A stretch of 64,000 bases of DNA from the NCBI GenBank assembly GCA_013239625.1, contig MU056765.1, positions 2,627,629-2,691,628 on the forward strand. Reading direction: 5' to 3'. The notes below the pieces were generated by a model. It ran no database searches and was not told the origin of the DNA. It saw nothing but the letters and a program-made list of their open reading frames with translations. Within the stretch, counting starts at the first letter, position 1; each line of letters starts with the position of its first letter. The stretch comes from Lama guanicoe. Lineage: Eukaryota. Made by a program: the position numbers and the translations under genes. This document shows, in pieces, positions 28,580 through 41,203 of this stretch.

Positions 28580-28625
<46 letters not shown>
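28568..28625. repeat. (GC)7(AC)18 compound microsatellite
   Basis: Read directly; perfect purine-pyrimidine alternation. Confidence 0.95.
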
Positions 28626-28627
<2 letters not shown>

Positions 28628-30129
28628 CACTCACACTCTGCTGCCCCATCTACACACCGGCTCCTCCCTCTGGCCACTTGTAAACTTAAGAACTGTGTCC
28701 TTATTCTTTGCTGCTGTGATTTACACTAAATGCTCGTCCCCAAAGAAGCCCACGTAGACGATGTCAACTCTATTAAACGTCACAGGCCTGAAAGCAAATG
28801 GGTTTCATTTTAACATCGTGGTTCACTATGTCATCCCATATTTTCCCAACTACTAGCAGAGAAGCGGAATAAATATCTCAAGGGAGACGAGGAAAAAAAT
28901 GCTGCGACATGGACTTCGGTATCACTCTTAAGCACTCCCGCTTGGTTCTTTCCCCTGCTTTTCCCTATTTCCCCTCATGCTGTACCCGACACACATCTCC
29001 TGGAGGGTTTTATTTGAAGTTGTTTACGCCACACGCTTCATGGAGTGGGAAGCTCTGAGTTCTCCGAGGACAGGCCAGAATGGCACTGCTTTTGGCCGAA
29101 GGTCATTGTAAGACTTACTGAGTAACCAACAACTACTGAACAATCTTCAAAATAAGTTAGAAAGATCAAAATAGAACAAAGCCAGAGTGAGTGTTGTAAA
29201 AGGAAAAGCTTGCTTGACTGTACGTTTCCGGATGCAGGGACCAGCTTTTGTTGGACTTTCTGGCCCTTACGGGGTGCCTTGTAGGTGGAAGCCGTTTCAG
29301 AATTGTTTCTGGACTGAAAAATCACATTGATCATTGCTGCCCCACAGTCCTAGTCTTCTCTAAGAGTTTCACATTGGATTTTTAAATCAACCATTGAAAA
29401 TATAGTGACACTAAGAGTTAGCAGGCCTCCGTGTCAGAGCCAAGCCATTTACCTTGTCCACAGAGTTCGTGATATGAAAACTAGTCAGAAATACTCCACA
29501 AAACTTTTGGCATTATTCCAAGTCACAGTTCCCCTGGCAGATTCCCTTCTCTTTAGTTTACGTCATCCAGAGAGAAGCAAGTGCCATGGGGGACATAACA
29601 CAGCATTCAGGTACAGAGTAAATCATTTTGAGCAATTAGTTGGCAACGTCTGACTGAGTCAGGCTGGACTGGAAAACTCCATGAGGTGGAGGACATTTGG
29701 GGCAAATACAGCCAATGGATTTTCTCTCTCAGTATTTTTTTTTAAGCCTGAAATGCCAAAAAACAAACAAAAAAGGGAATCTGGTAGATAATCCCAAACC
29801 TGGTGGATAATCCCATATTCAATAATTTGTTATATGCTGCCAAGTTTTTTTTATCCAGCCCTTGTATATAAAAATAATTATGAAATAAAAATTAACTCTG
29901 AGTAGTCTACACCTTCCAAACAATAGTAAAATTATCCCAGCCAGCTCCATTGCAGCCACCCTTCACATCTAATAAACATTACCTGTTGGTCATATGAGCT
30001 TTTTTTCTTTAAGCAAGAAAATATTAGAGTCAGCTAAATTAATGCTCCCCACTGCCCCCCCCAATTCCATTTCCTTTCCTTTCCCTGATTGAATCTACAC
30101 TTTATGGGATGTATGTGAACCCATATTGG

Positions 30130-30895
30130 TAAAAATTAAAAATCTGAAACTACCTAATGTTGGTAAACCTGTGAAAGAAGTAGGAACACTTACATGCTAC
30201 TGGCAGGAGAGTGAACTGCCATAATCATTTTGGAGAGTGAATGGGCAAGCCACTGGAATTGAAGACGGGCTGCTCAGTGCCCCAGAGACCCCCACAGCCA
30301 GGTGGCCTCCTTTGCTGGGTGTAACAAGAGATCAGGGATGCTCCCTGAAACTCAATGTATGCTACAGAAGACCTGAAACAATCTAAATGCTAATGAAGAA
30401 GATAATGAATCAATTGTGATATATTTGAACAATGGAATATTACATATCTGTGAAAAAGGAATAAACTACATATAAATATATCAACATGGTTAAACCTAAA
30501 AAAGACTTGAATAAAAAAGACAAACAATAAGCATTTGTAAGCATACCATTTGTGTAAATTTAAAAGCACACAGATCTCCTGAATTTTTTTTCATTTTCAA
30601 CGTCCAGGTGTAAAGGTTTGAAGAGACTCCAGTGCAGGACATGTGAGCCAGACCGGGTGGATGACATTTCAACATCTCTTCCCTCCACAGTTAGCTCATG
30701 GGACTTTATTCAACCTCTAGAGTAGTACTAACAGAAATTTCTGCAGTGGTGGAGATGGTTTACATTTCTGCCGTCACAAGATGGACAATGAGTTGTGGAA
30801 GCCGAGTGATGGACACATAGGGATTTAGTATGTGATTCTACCTACTCTGGTATATACTTGCTATTTCCATGAACGTGGTTAAAAAATAGAAATGA
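30130..30895 (+). mobile_element. Old L1ME-like 3' end relic
   Basis: AATGTTGGTAAA...GGAACACTTACATGCTACTGGCAGGAG and AACAATGGAATATTAC motifs. Confidence 0.6.
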
Positions 30896-33222
30896 AAAAA
30901 GAAAGAAGGAAATAGAAAAAAAAGAAAAGAAAAAAATAGAAATGATTATTAGCAATAAGACATCTTTCTTAGAGTCTTAGGATGGGGGGATATCCGATTT
31001 TCACACCCTTGGGCTCTATCTCGCCTAAATAATTTTAGAAGGATAAGAAATGTCCCAAGGGAGGGACATGCATCACCTCCCTGGAAAACTCCTGCTGGTA
31101 GCTACCCTCCTGGCTGAATGGGATTGGGAGAGAATGAATGAGCGCTTTGGGTTTTATGCTGTGACCAGCTGCGTATGTCATGTTCCAATCTCCATTGAGG
31201 GCATCAGGTGTTGAGAATTAATACCCCTTTTTCTTTTCCACATTATAATTTGGGGGGCAGTTTCCCATCTACTGAACGTCTGAATTTTATTTTGTCCTAT
31301 ATGTATTATCCAAACTTTCAGTGCAGGCTTATTACCCCGTGTGTGTGAACTGGAAGGAGTCCGGGGAGGGGCCGCTGGAAACAGAGCTGAACTGGGATGA
31401 ACCTCTTAGCCCTTCTGGGTCTCTCTTCATCTATCACGTCGAGCAGCTACACTCGATGCTATTCATTTTCTTTCACTTCTGTATTTAAAGATTGCCATAA
31501 TTCTTTCCTATACTCATTATCAATTGCCTTACCAAATGTGAGCTGGCTTTCTACAACATTTATTTCATCTAATCATTTTGAAATCCTAGAGTGGCAGAGA
31601 GGAGGGCTTTGGACTTGGCAGGGTTTGATATTCACAATTCTCCTGATTGCTTATGATTTCACTGTCCCTCTAAATGTTAACAGATTTTTCTCTCTTCAGA
31701 TTGTTTCATTATTAGACAGTAATTTCTGGGCTGTTGCAGCAAGATTGATTCCACATTTTCTCTCCTCCCTATAATTGTCCTGTATCTTGCCTGTTCTTTG
31801 TTAGTCTCAAAGAATAATTATGTGTAGCCAAAGCAAAATGTGAATTTGTTTCTTCGTAACTCTGCAATGCAAATCATCTTGTAGACCTTTCTCTGTACTT
31901 AAAATGGCCATGCAAATGGTTGAGTTGGTTTTGGTCCAGATCTAGATTTTTCTTTCTTTGCTCTCGTTATCAGATGATTGGCTCATCAGCATTTGTTTTT
32001 GCTCCATCTTTTATGATAATCAAAGACTGGACTTAACACTGATTTTTTTTTTCACACTCACTTCATAGATGTAGGGCAAGGACTGGGAGCAAGATAAGGG
32101 TTAACAAGGCTTAGATGTAAAGAAGGTTCCCAAGGAATAGGCACTGATGGCTTGGAAACTGAACTTTGGCAATGTGCAAAACATAACCTAATTTTTATAA
32201 AAGTTTTGGATGGATCAGAGAGTGAGGCAAATCTCTCTCTAGACTAATTAGAATTTTTCTTGCTGTTTGCATGTCCCTTTGGGAAGGTGGAGAAATGCTG
32301 GGGACTGCTGAGCTGCTTGGAGTGGAGCTGCCTTCCAGGACGGACAGGGCTGGAGCAGCATGGACCTTGGTCAAGGCACAGAGCTGCAGTGTGAATTGCC
32401 TTGTATGCTGACACGTGGCAGAAGATTCTTCGAAGGCAGAGGCCACGTCTTCCCTCTGTCTTCCCAGGGTTATTCACACAGCAGTACATGAGCTGGTATA
32501 TAGCACATGGACGGCAATTACAAGCTCAAAGGAATTCAGTTGTTTACCATTCTCCCATGTAAACTGTGCCTTTTTTTTTTTGGACTTTTGTACTTAACTC
32601 AGTAATGATCTCCTGTTCCCTAATGCTGCTTTTTTATTTTCCAATGGGATGTATGAAGCAACTTGCCTTGGCATGCAAGCTTTCTTCCTTTTTCCTTAGA
32701 ATTTAACTCAACCTTCTGTGTCCTAGTCTTAAAAGCTTGTTTGAAAAAAAGATGGCAAGTTGCCTCTGCCGGTGAGGTCTGCGTCCAGCAGGGCACATCA
32801 GAGTCACTGCCCGTCACCAACACACGTGCTGCAGACCTCTGCTTTCTAATTTGAAAGCCATAATTTAAAATTAAGGGTTAGCAGATGTGGGGGATTTGTC
32901 ACAATTTAAAGGTGCTTCCATGCCATTCTTAAAGTCACCTTAACACGATTTGGGGTTTCTTTGGAAAGGTAACTAGCTTGTTTAGAGCACAGTAAATGCT
33001 TGCTCTTTGGGGTTTATTGTGGAAGAACATTCTATCTCAGCTGCATAGGCTTGTAGGATCCTGGTCTTTGTTTTGCTATCTCACATTTCTCCACAGGAAA
33101 GGTGAATGTAGGAGGTGAGGCAGGTAGTGGACTGATGGAAAGGCGGGGTGGCAGGTGTGCGGCTACGTGTTGGTATGTGGGGGGTGCCTCTCTGCCTCTC
33201 CAGATCTGATCCCGTTTTAAAT

Positions 33223-34640
33223 CAGCAGCCTCTCAAGTGGGGTGCACATTCCCCATAGCAAGACTATCTTCTGGGCCTTGAGGAAAACATACTAATATTT
33301 TTCACTTATATTATTTATAGTTTATCCGAAACATAAGAATGAAGTTAAGCATTGTGATGCTTAATATATGGAGAAATGGGAGGTGACGCCCTTATTTGCG
33401 CTGCACATCAGGTGATGTGTCTGTCACCTGTCACAGTTGGGCATGAAGTTCCTGGGAAAAGAAGAGACCACATGCATTTAAAGGGGTTTTGGGCCACCCA
33501 TGCGTTTATTCCCGTCAGGCGTTGTCAGGTCCTGTAGTCTAAGTGCTACAGCAGGTCAGCCCACATGGTTAATTTTAGACAATTAAGACCTTGAAACAAT
33601 AAATAAACACTGTAACAAAAAATAAAAATATTTTGTAATGAGATCAGGAATATCCATGAACTATGTTATATACCACACAGGGTTTTATTGGTTACCTTGT
33701 AGCAAACTGTATAGAAGAATTGTTATTTTCAAAGATGAATATGGCAATTTTCTTGTACTTTGAAAGCAGGGTTTTAAATGTTTTCACCATCTCTGTGCTG
33801 TCAGTGGGCTGTCAGTAACGTTACCTAGTAGTTGTTAAAAAAAAAAAAACCAAAAACCCTAAATGTTCCTTTAGGGTCAAATGGGCAAGGAAGTAAACTG
33901 CTCTTAGAAACAAACTTGTAATATTGAGACAGCATTTTTGAAATCAGAAGTGCTTCCATTGTTTGACAATTTTGTTGCTGAAAATGATATATTGTAACCT
34001 ATAGCATCCCTGAACCTAAAAAATCTTGTAAATGGAGTTAACTTCCAAGTGAAGGGTTTCAGAGATTTGAACTCATTAAAAAAATGCAATGCCTTTTGAT
34101 ATACAAGATCATCTGACTGTTAATAAAGGAAGTTGGTTAGTAAAATTTCAACAAAATCCTTTGCTTAACTGATGTATAGGATTCAAAAAGATAGTATTAT
34201 GAGTTAAGCAAAATGATGTACTTTCCCCTTTTGGATCTACATTTATGTGAAATAGCCTTTTAACCTATAATATGGACTAACAAATATTGAAACAAATTTA
34301 ATTTGGAATCAGACCTTCAAATTGCTTTATTACACGTGTTAAAAAACCCCCAGGGTTTTCAAAAAGTACTCAAACTCAATCACTTGGCCCACTCTAAAGC
34401 AGTATAACATTAAAATTCGTATAAAAATTTGATGACAGTGAAAATATTTTTGTTTCATTAACAACAGAGTTAAATGAAATTTAAATTTATTTTAAGAGTA
34501 TTTTTTTTCAGATGTATCTCAACCTTTTAAAGTTTATATTTTAAAAGATGACGGTATGTATTCTAAATATGTAATTTACATAGGGGTAACTTCAAAATTA
34601 CGTTACTGATATGATCTCATGATCAAAAATTTAGATTGCT
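33223..34640 (+). mobile_element. hAT-Charlie (Charlie7-like) DNA transposon relic with decayed transposase
   Basis: CAGCAGCCTCTCAAGTGGGGTGCAC start; frameshifted hAT dimerisation-domain-like sequence near 34225-34340 (TTTGGATCTACATTTATGTGAA...TTGGAATCAGACCTTCAAATTGCT). Confidence 0.6.
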
Positions 34641-36149
34641 TTAAAGTTTTCCTTTCTTTTTCTAGACTCCTGAAGACTTCAGTCATTCAGTATTTAATCT
34701 AGAAGAATAGCTTTTTGTGAGTGTGTGGCCTCAGAAGCACTAACGCTTCTTGGAGACAGACGCGTGTCCTCCTCTGTCCCCCTCGTAAGAAAGAGCACAG
34801 CTCCTTCTTCTTAGTAGCTGCTTGATGAGTATTTCCTGCTAGATTCGTTCAGATTGTAAACCCCTAGAAACCAAAGCCTAGTAGCATTCATCTTTATATT
34901 CCCAAGAGCATCTTTAATTGAACTGCGTGGGTAACTTCTGGAATGGGATTTGATGCTGACTTCCTGTACTCGATAAGGCGGTTCTGTGGTCCTGGTCGCT
35001 AGGTTTTCAGAATCCTTGACTTCTCTGATCGGGTGATAACGCCAGTCGCTTCCTGAGCCCAGGTTTTGGACAAAGTACCTGTGGCTTTGGGCAGATACAG
35101 GCAGCGGTAACTCATCTCCAGAGGGAGCCTGAGCTGAATGAGAACACTGCCCGTTTGCTCAGGGAGCCTGTAAGGAAGACACCCAGGACCTGGCAGGCCC
35201 GGGAAGGCTGGGTGAGGGGCAGAGCTCAGAGACGGGAAAACTGGCGACAGGGGCAGACAGAGCTGCCCTGATGGTGCTCTGTGCACATTATTAGTAGGGA
35301 CAGCCCAGAATGAACCCACATGGGAGTCTCTTAAGGCTGGGAGTTTCTCTGGGGGTGAAACTTTCTAGGGTCAGAGTGCCTGGTGAGGAATGAACTGTGA
35401 GTGGTGGCAATCGTAAACCGAGGCATTCAAGAGCCATTTCGCCTCGTTCTGTTTCAATCAGCTTTGGCTTTTGTATGTTGCATGTGGCTCAAGCCCCAGC
35501 AGACTGACTAGACAACATGAGAGGCTGGCTAGAAACGCAGTTAATGCCAAAAGTTTGACGCTACATCTGCTGAGTCTCACAGCACGCCGGGTGGTCACAC
35601 GCGGGGGCGGCTGCGCCCTCTCAAAGGGCTCTTTATATTTCTTTTTTTCTTGCTGCTTAAATGCGGCATGGCTGTATCCTTAACCATAAATACCGCGCCT
35701 TATATAATACTCGAGCTATTGTAGGTGCGTGTTCATACTTGATTGGGAGAGGTTTTCTTTCTCTCTTCTAAATGTTGAAAAAAAAAAAGCCAGAAAAACA
35801 AGGAAGAACAAAGAATAATGTAACAAACATGATCTTATGGAAATTTTCACACTTTTAATACTTCAGCTCGGATGAAAGAAATCCTTATTTATCATGGGGC
35901 ATGCTAGGATTCCAACAATTATATCAAGTGATTGGTACTCACGTTTTTATTTCTTCCTGGTCTTAGTAATTGCATTTGTTTACTTAAATACTCAGACTTT
36001 TGTGCACAGTCTGATAGAAAACACATTGATCAGGACATTAGGAAAATGAAGTTCTAGTCTTGACTTTTCATACCTCAGTTCTGTGACTTCAGGCAAATTT
36101 CTTGATCTCTTGGCAGGATCCTTACTTCTGAATAAACATGATTGTTTAA

Positions 36150-36620
36150 GAATAGTTAGACACCTCCAAGGCTTCTCTGTTTTAGGTAAGACACCCTTAG
36201 TTCCTTCCTCTGTGTCTCACGTGAGATGAATTCCTGACTATATTCCATTTTGATTACCCTCCTCTGGAGATTTAATCATCTTACCTTAAATTTTGGTGCC
36301 CAGAATTAAACTGATTTTCCAAGTACAAAGTGACTAATGCACAAGGCACTGCACTTCTATTAATGAGAGCTATTTAAGACCAAAAAAACCCAAACAACAA
36401 AAAGAAAACCCTGCACTTAAAAATTTTTGCAGCAACATCACACTGTTGGCTCATAAGAAATGTAAGCTCAATTAACTCCCTTAAACATTTTCATATAAAC
36501 TCCACCAAACATGGCGACTGTGAGGTGGTTTTTGAGCTTAAATGCAAGTCTTCTATTTAAATGCGCAAAATTTAATTCTATTGGTTTTAGTTCAGTGTTT
36601 TAGTCTATTGTGAAAGTTTG
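36150..36620 (-). mobile_element. L3/CR1 LINE relic
   Basis: GGTGCCCAGAATTAAAC and TTTTGCAGCAACATCACACTGTTGGCTCATA motifs typical of L3. Confidence 0.65.
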
Positions 36621-39600
36621 GAATCTTAATTTTGTTTTTCTCAGAGAGTGCTCAGGTTTGGGGCGTTTCCAAAAAATCTGAATACCCACATGTCAGCTTT
36701 CCCTTTAACTCCTTCTGGACATGATTCATGTGACTCCAATACATGCAATTGTTTTTCTCTTTATTGAAGGTTTTCAAGAAAAAAAAAAGTCAGTTTATAC
36801 CATACAGTATCCCTGAATTCTTCATAAATCCAGCGAGCAATTTATACCCATTGCTTTAGACTTTTGCATATTTTTGTGTCTGGTTAGTAGATGATGGATG
36901 TCCCACAGAAACAATAACTCTGCATAGCCCACAGGTGCATGCCCAACTCTATTATTTCCATCAGAAAAGATATTGCATCTGATGTTGCAGTGGGAAAGAA
37001 AAGTCTTACATTTTTCCTTTATCCAGAGGCAATGGTCCTGCCCCAGGAGGGGATAAAAAAGTCAAAAACAAAACAAAACAATACTGGGTGTGGTTCCGGT
37101 GCTTTCCAATTTCTGCTGGACTTGAGTTGAACCAAGTCCTCTTCCTAAAAGCCTAAAAGAAGGACTCTCTTTCCTGCATTCATCTTTGTGGTCCCATGGA
37201 CATTGCTTGCAAAATCTCTGATAACACTTCACATAGCCTATCCTTTCTTAAGGTTATGGGATTAATCTGCATTTATCTCTTCTCTGAAATTGTGTTTTCT
37301 TAAGGGACAAGGACCATATCTTAGCTGTTCTTATTCATTCTTGGAACAACAAGTATTGTGCCCACTTGGCACCAGGCACTGTGCTAGGCACTCAGTTCCA
37401 ACGCTCCTCCCGGGGACCAGCAAAGAGCTCCGCAGACTGACTTGAAATGCAGTCAATCTACGTGACTTGACCTAAACCAACACTTAGCATCTATGTTGTA
37501 AACTCTGTGTGTAAAACAGAAAAGGATTTATTGAAGGGGATCCAAATCCCTGCAAATTAAACTAGGTTCTCACATAGTTCAGCTGCTCCCTGCTCTCCCC
37601 AGAGTACCATGAACTGTTCGGAGTATTTGAGCTAGAACCAAAAGCACTGAAATACTGTGAAAGATAGACCAAAATCCAAACCACTCCATAGGAGAAGTGA
37701 AATTTCCATGACGAAAACAAGTTTGGAACTTATTAGGTGCCATCAGGAAAAATGGCTGGGACATTTCTCAGCTCACCAATTGGTTAAAACTGTGGGTCCC
37801 CAAGAAAAGGGAGACATGACCATACTGCATATTAATTATGTAACACCAGAAACAAGAGAGACAGAGACAGAGACAGAGGAGGGGTGGGGAATGAATGGTC
37901 TCTTCACTGCTGAATATTCAGATTAGAATTATAATGATCTTGTCGGGGAGCGGTCACAAGCTCTTTTGGCAAATTACCGATACATTCAAGTTCTGAGTAC
38001 TATACCAGCCGGTCGGGTTTTTTTTGGGGGGGGGTGTAGTGGTGGTGTTTTTTGTTGCTGTTGGTATTTTCGTTTTGTTTTGTTTTGTTATTGCTTTTCC
38101 TTTTTTTCAAGCATAAGCTTGGACAGACTCAAGGCAGCAAATACTCCTTCCTCAATTTAAGATTTGACAATTTAACAGGAAGAAGCCCATTCATCATCTT
38201 TCCCTTTTAGAGGCCATAAATTATTGGCTCATATACCATGTGGCTTGGATTCTAGGAAAAGTTAGTATAAACAAACCCAAGTTACAGTGCGCGGAGTAGG
38301 AGAGCGAGTCATAAACAAAACACAGACATATGCTCTCACATAAATAAGGGCCGGGGTCATCAGCTTCCCAAAGTCTGCTTCCCATTAATTACACAACGCA
38401 ATGAACTTTCCATATGTAAAGCCCAGATCACTTCGCTCTGGCAACTTGCACGAGACAAAGACCAGGGTTGTACCCAAAAGGCGCTGACCGAAAAAAACTG
38501 GATTTCCAAATAAGAAAAGTCCTCTCAAGAGCTCTTCAGGTGCTGGAAGGCAAGAAAATCCCTTGGAGGCGTGTTTCTGAGCATTGAAACCATCCCCAGC
38601 AGCCCAGGAACACTGCTGGAGGCTGGTCTGAGCCCCTGCTGGATTTAAAGGTAACGTCAGGCTGACTCGCTTTTGTTCTGAGCTCTGTCATCTTTATGGG
38701 GCCAGCCCTGGGTCTGGGCCACACAGGGTGTTCACAGCCATCACTGGAATCATTGAATCGTTGGGATTCCCTCCTTCACTACCTTCTCTCTGTCTTTTGA
38801 AACTGTCCATTGGTGAGTCCCGCAGACTCAGCTTCCCTCACTGTTGTATCTGGTCTCTCGTAGTTTAAAGAGGTTTCAAGGAAACATGTAACAGTTTCCG
38901 GGGAAGAGAGTTCTCCAGCAACAGGTGGGAACCTCTGAGAGAGATGGAAGGCAGCTAAGTTCTCGCCTTGTGTCTCTTTCCAAGGCAGATCTCGTAAAAC
39001 AAATGGACTTACTTACAGAGAATATTAAAATAACAGATGTCACAGTTTAGGAGTCTTGGACTGGGGAAGAGGGGAGAAGAACGACTTTCATTCTTTGCTG
39101 GGGGGTAGGGTGTATAGGGTTTTTGGATCATTCACTTCCTCAGTGATTATTTTTGTAGCATGTACTCTGTGTACATACAAAGCGAGCAGAAGGCGTCACC
39201 CCTGCTCTCATGAGAAACTACAGGAAGGGGGGAGAAACTGACATTTTTCGGAGAATCTACAGCACAGTCCACAGTTTTTCACATATTTCCTCATTTAATT
39301 GTGATAGCGACCGCACGATGACATTCCTATCTCTATCACATAAAGATGAAAACTGTGACCTCAGAGGTTAAATCATTGCCACCAGGGCTCACATCTCAGA
39401 AGTCATGGACTCAAGGAGTCAAGCAAGGGCTGACCTAGTTCAAAGTGAGTTTCAAAGAATCTGGACAAGGAGTGAGAAACCCTGGGTTTCCCGGTTCATT
39501 TTCTACTAATGATTGCATTTTGCACCAAATTTCTGTCTTGCAATTTCAAAGGCCTCTGTCCACCCCGAAATTAGAGTTAAATAACACAGGTATCACACAG

Positions 39601-41172
39601 ATTACCTGTGTCACTTCGGTTGCACATTTTTGCACATTGTTTTGGTTCTGTTGCTTTCTGCAGGTCACATGCCTTTTCTAATAGTTCCCTATAGGGAGCC
39701 AGACAGCCAATACGATGAGTGAGGTTGGCCAGGAATAGGAAGGAAGGTGGTGGGACAGGAGAGGACACGGGAAACTAAAGAGAAGACGACCCGTGTAAGG
39801 GGCAAACATTATTCTGTACCAATCAGTTGTTGCCAGGTAGGAATCTGAGCCCAAAGTCATCAGGTAATCTGAGTTTCAAAAAGCCAGAACTCCTGATTAT
39901 TACGTAAATCTTCTGATGTGTACAATCTGCATGTTAATTTATAAAAAAATATAAACCTGTGTAGGCCAATTAAAACACAAATGCAGACGGCTGTCGGCCC
40001 ACGGCTTTATTTTGCTATCACGATTCTTCAGAAGAGTCACCATGACTCGTTCTAGAATTTCAGATACAGGTTCTGGCCCCAGCCTCTCCTCCAACCTCAT
40101 CTGTCACTATTTCCACATATGCTCTGATCTTAGAGAGGTTGTAAACCTGTCTGTCCTCTGCTTCTGTCTGCGTCTTTAATTTGCTCCATCATTAGAAGAC
40201 CATCTCAACTTCTCTTCCCAGATCATCTCAGTGCCTCCAACTCCCTTAGTGCCGCAGTTCAGCTGGAAACTAATGACTCCTTGGTTGCTAAATGATCGCT
40301 CTGTTAGTACTTGAGCATCTCATGTTTTGGACTCAGGCCTTTTCCAAACAGCGAGAAAGCTCCCCAGGGGCAAGGGCTAATCTTTACTTGTATGTATCAC
40401 AGTGGCAGGTGCTTGAAAAATATTTGACAATTTGTAGCAAAGCCACATAGAAGTTCCGGTAAGATGAACTCAATATTAAACCCTCACGGGGGTTGGGGTG
40501 TGTGGGGGCCTGGACGGTGCCCCGAGATAAGGATACTCGGAGGAGGAAGGAGTGAGGATAAAACTTTTGAAGATAGTTAACGAGTGTTTTGATCAGAGTC
40601 ATAACATGACTAAATTATGACTCCACATGATTAAATCATGGCATGACATGACTTCAGTTTTGACATGAGTGGGGTCATAAAATAATGATATATGAATATA
40701 TGATTTTGAATATATGATTGGTGTTTTCATCTGCTGTTTCATTTCTTTCTTACCACTGCCTGAAAAGCAGAAATTATTTTTCCCATTTCACTGAGACTCA
40801 GAAGTCTCGTTTAGACTGTGGCTTACCTAAGGGACCAAATTAAGTACTGCAGGCTGACAGTAACACTGGTCCTTGAATTCCAAATCCAGATTTTACTTTA
40901 TATCCGTGTGGCAGCCAGAAAGAGTCCAGGTTTTGTCCTAATTCCTGGCAGGTAACATCTGCAACACTGCTGATTCAGTTCAGTTCCCAGGGCTCACTCT
41001 CCTCATCTGTAGCATCCTGTCTAGTCTCCTCTAATGCAGTCTTGTCTAGTCAGTTCCAATTTAAGCAGCAAGAGAAAGAGACCCCCTCTGGGAGAGGCTC
41101 TGGGGTTACTCCAGGGGCTCTTAAAGGTAGAGTGGAGGGGGCTGACTGGTGGGTGAGTTACACCTCTCTCTG

Positions 41173-41203
<31 letters not shown>

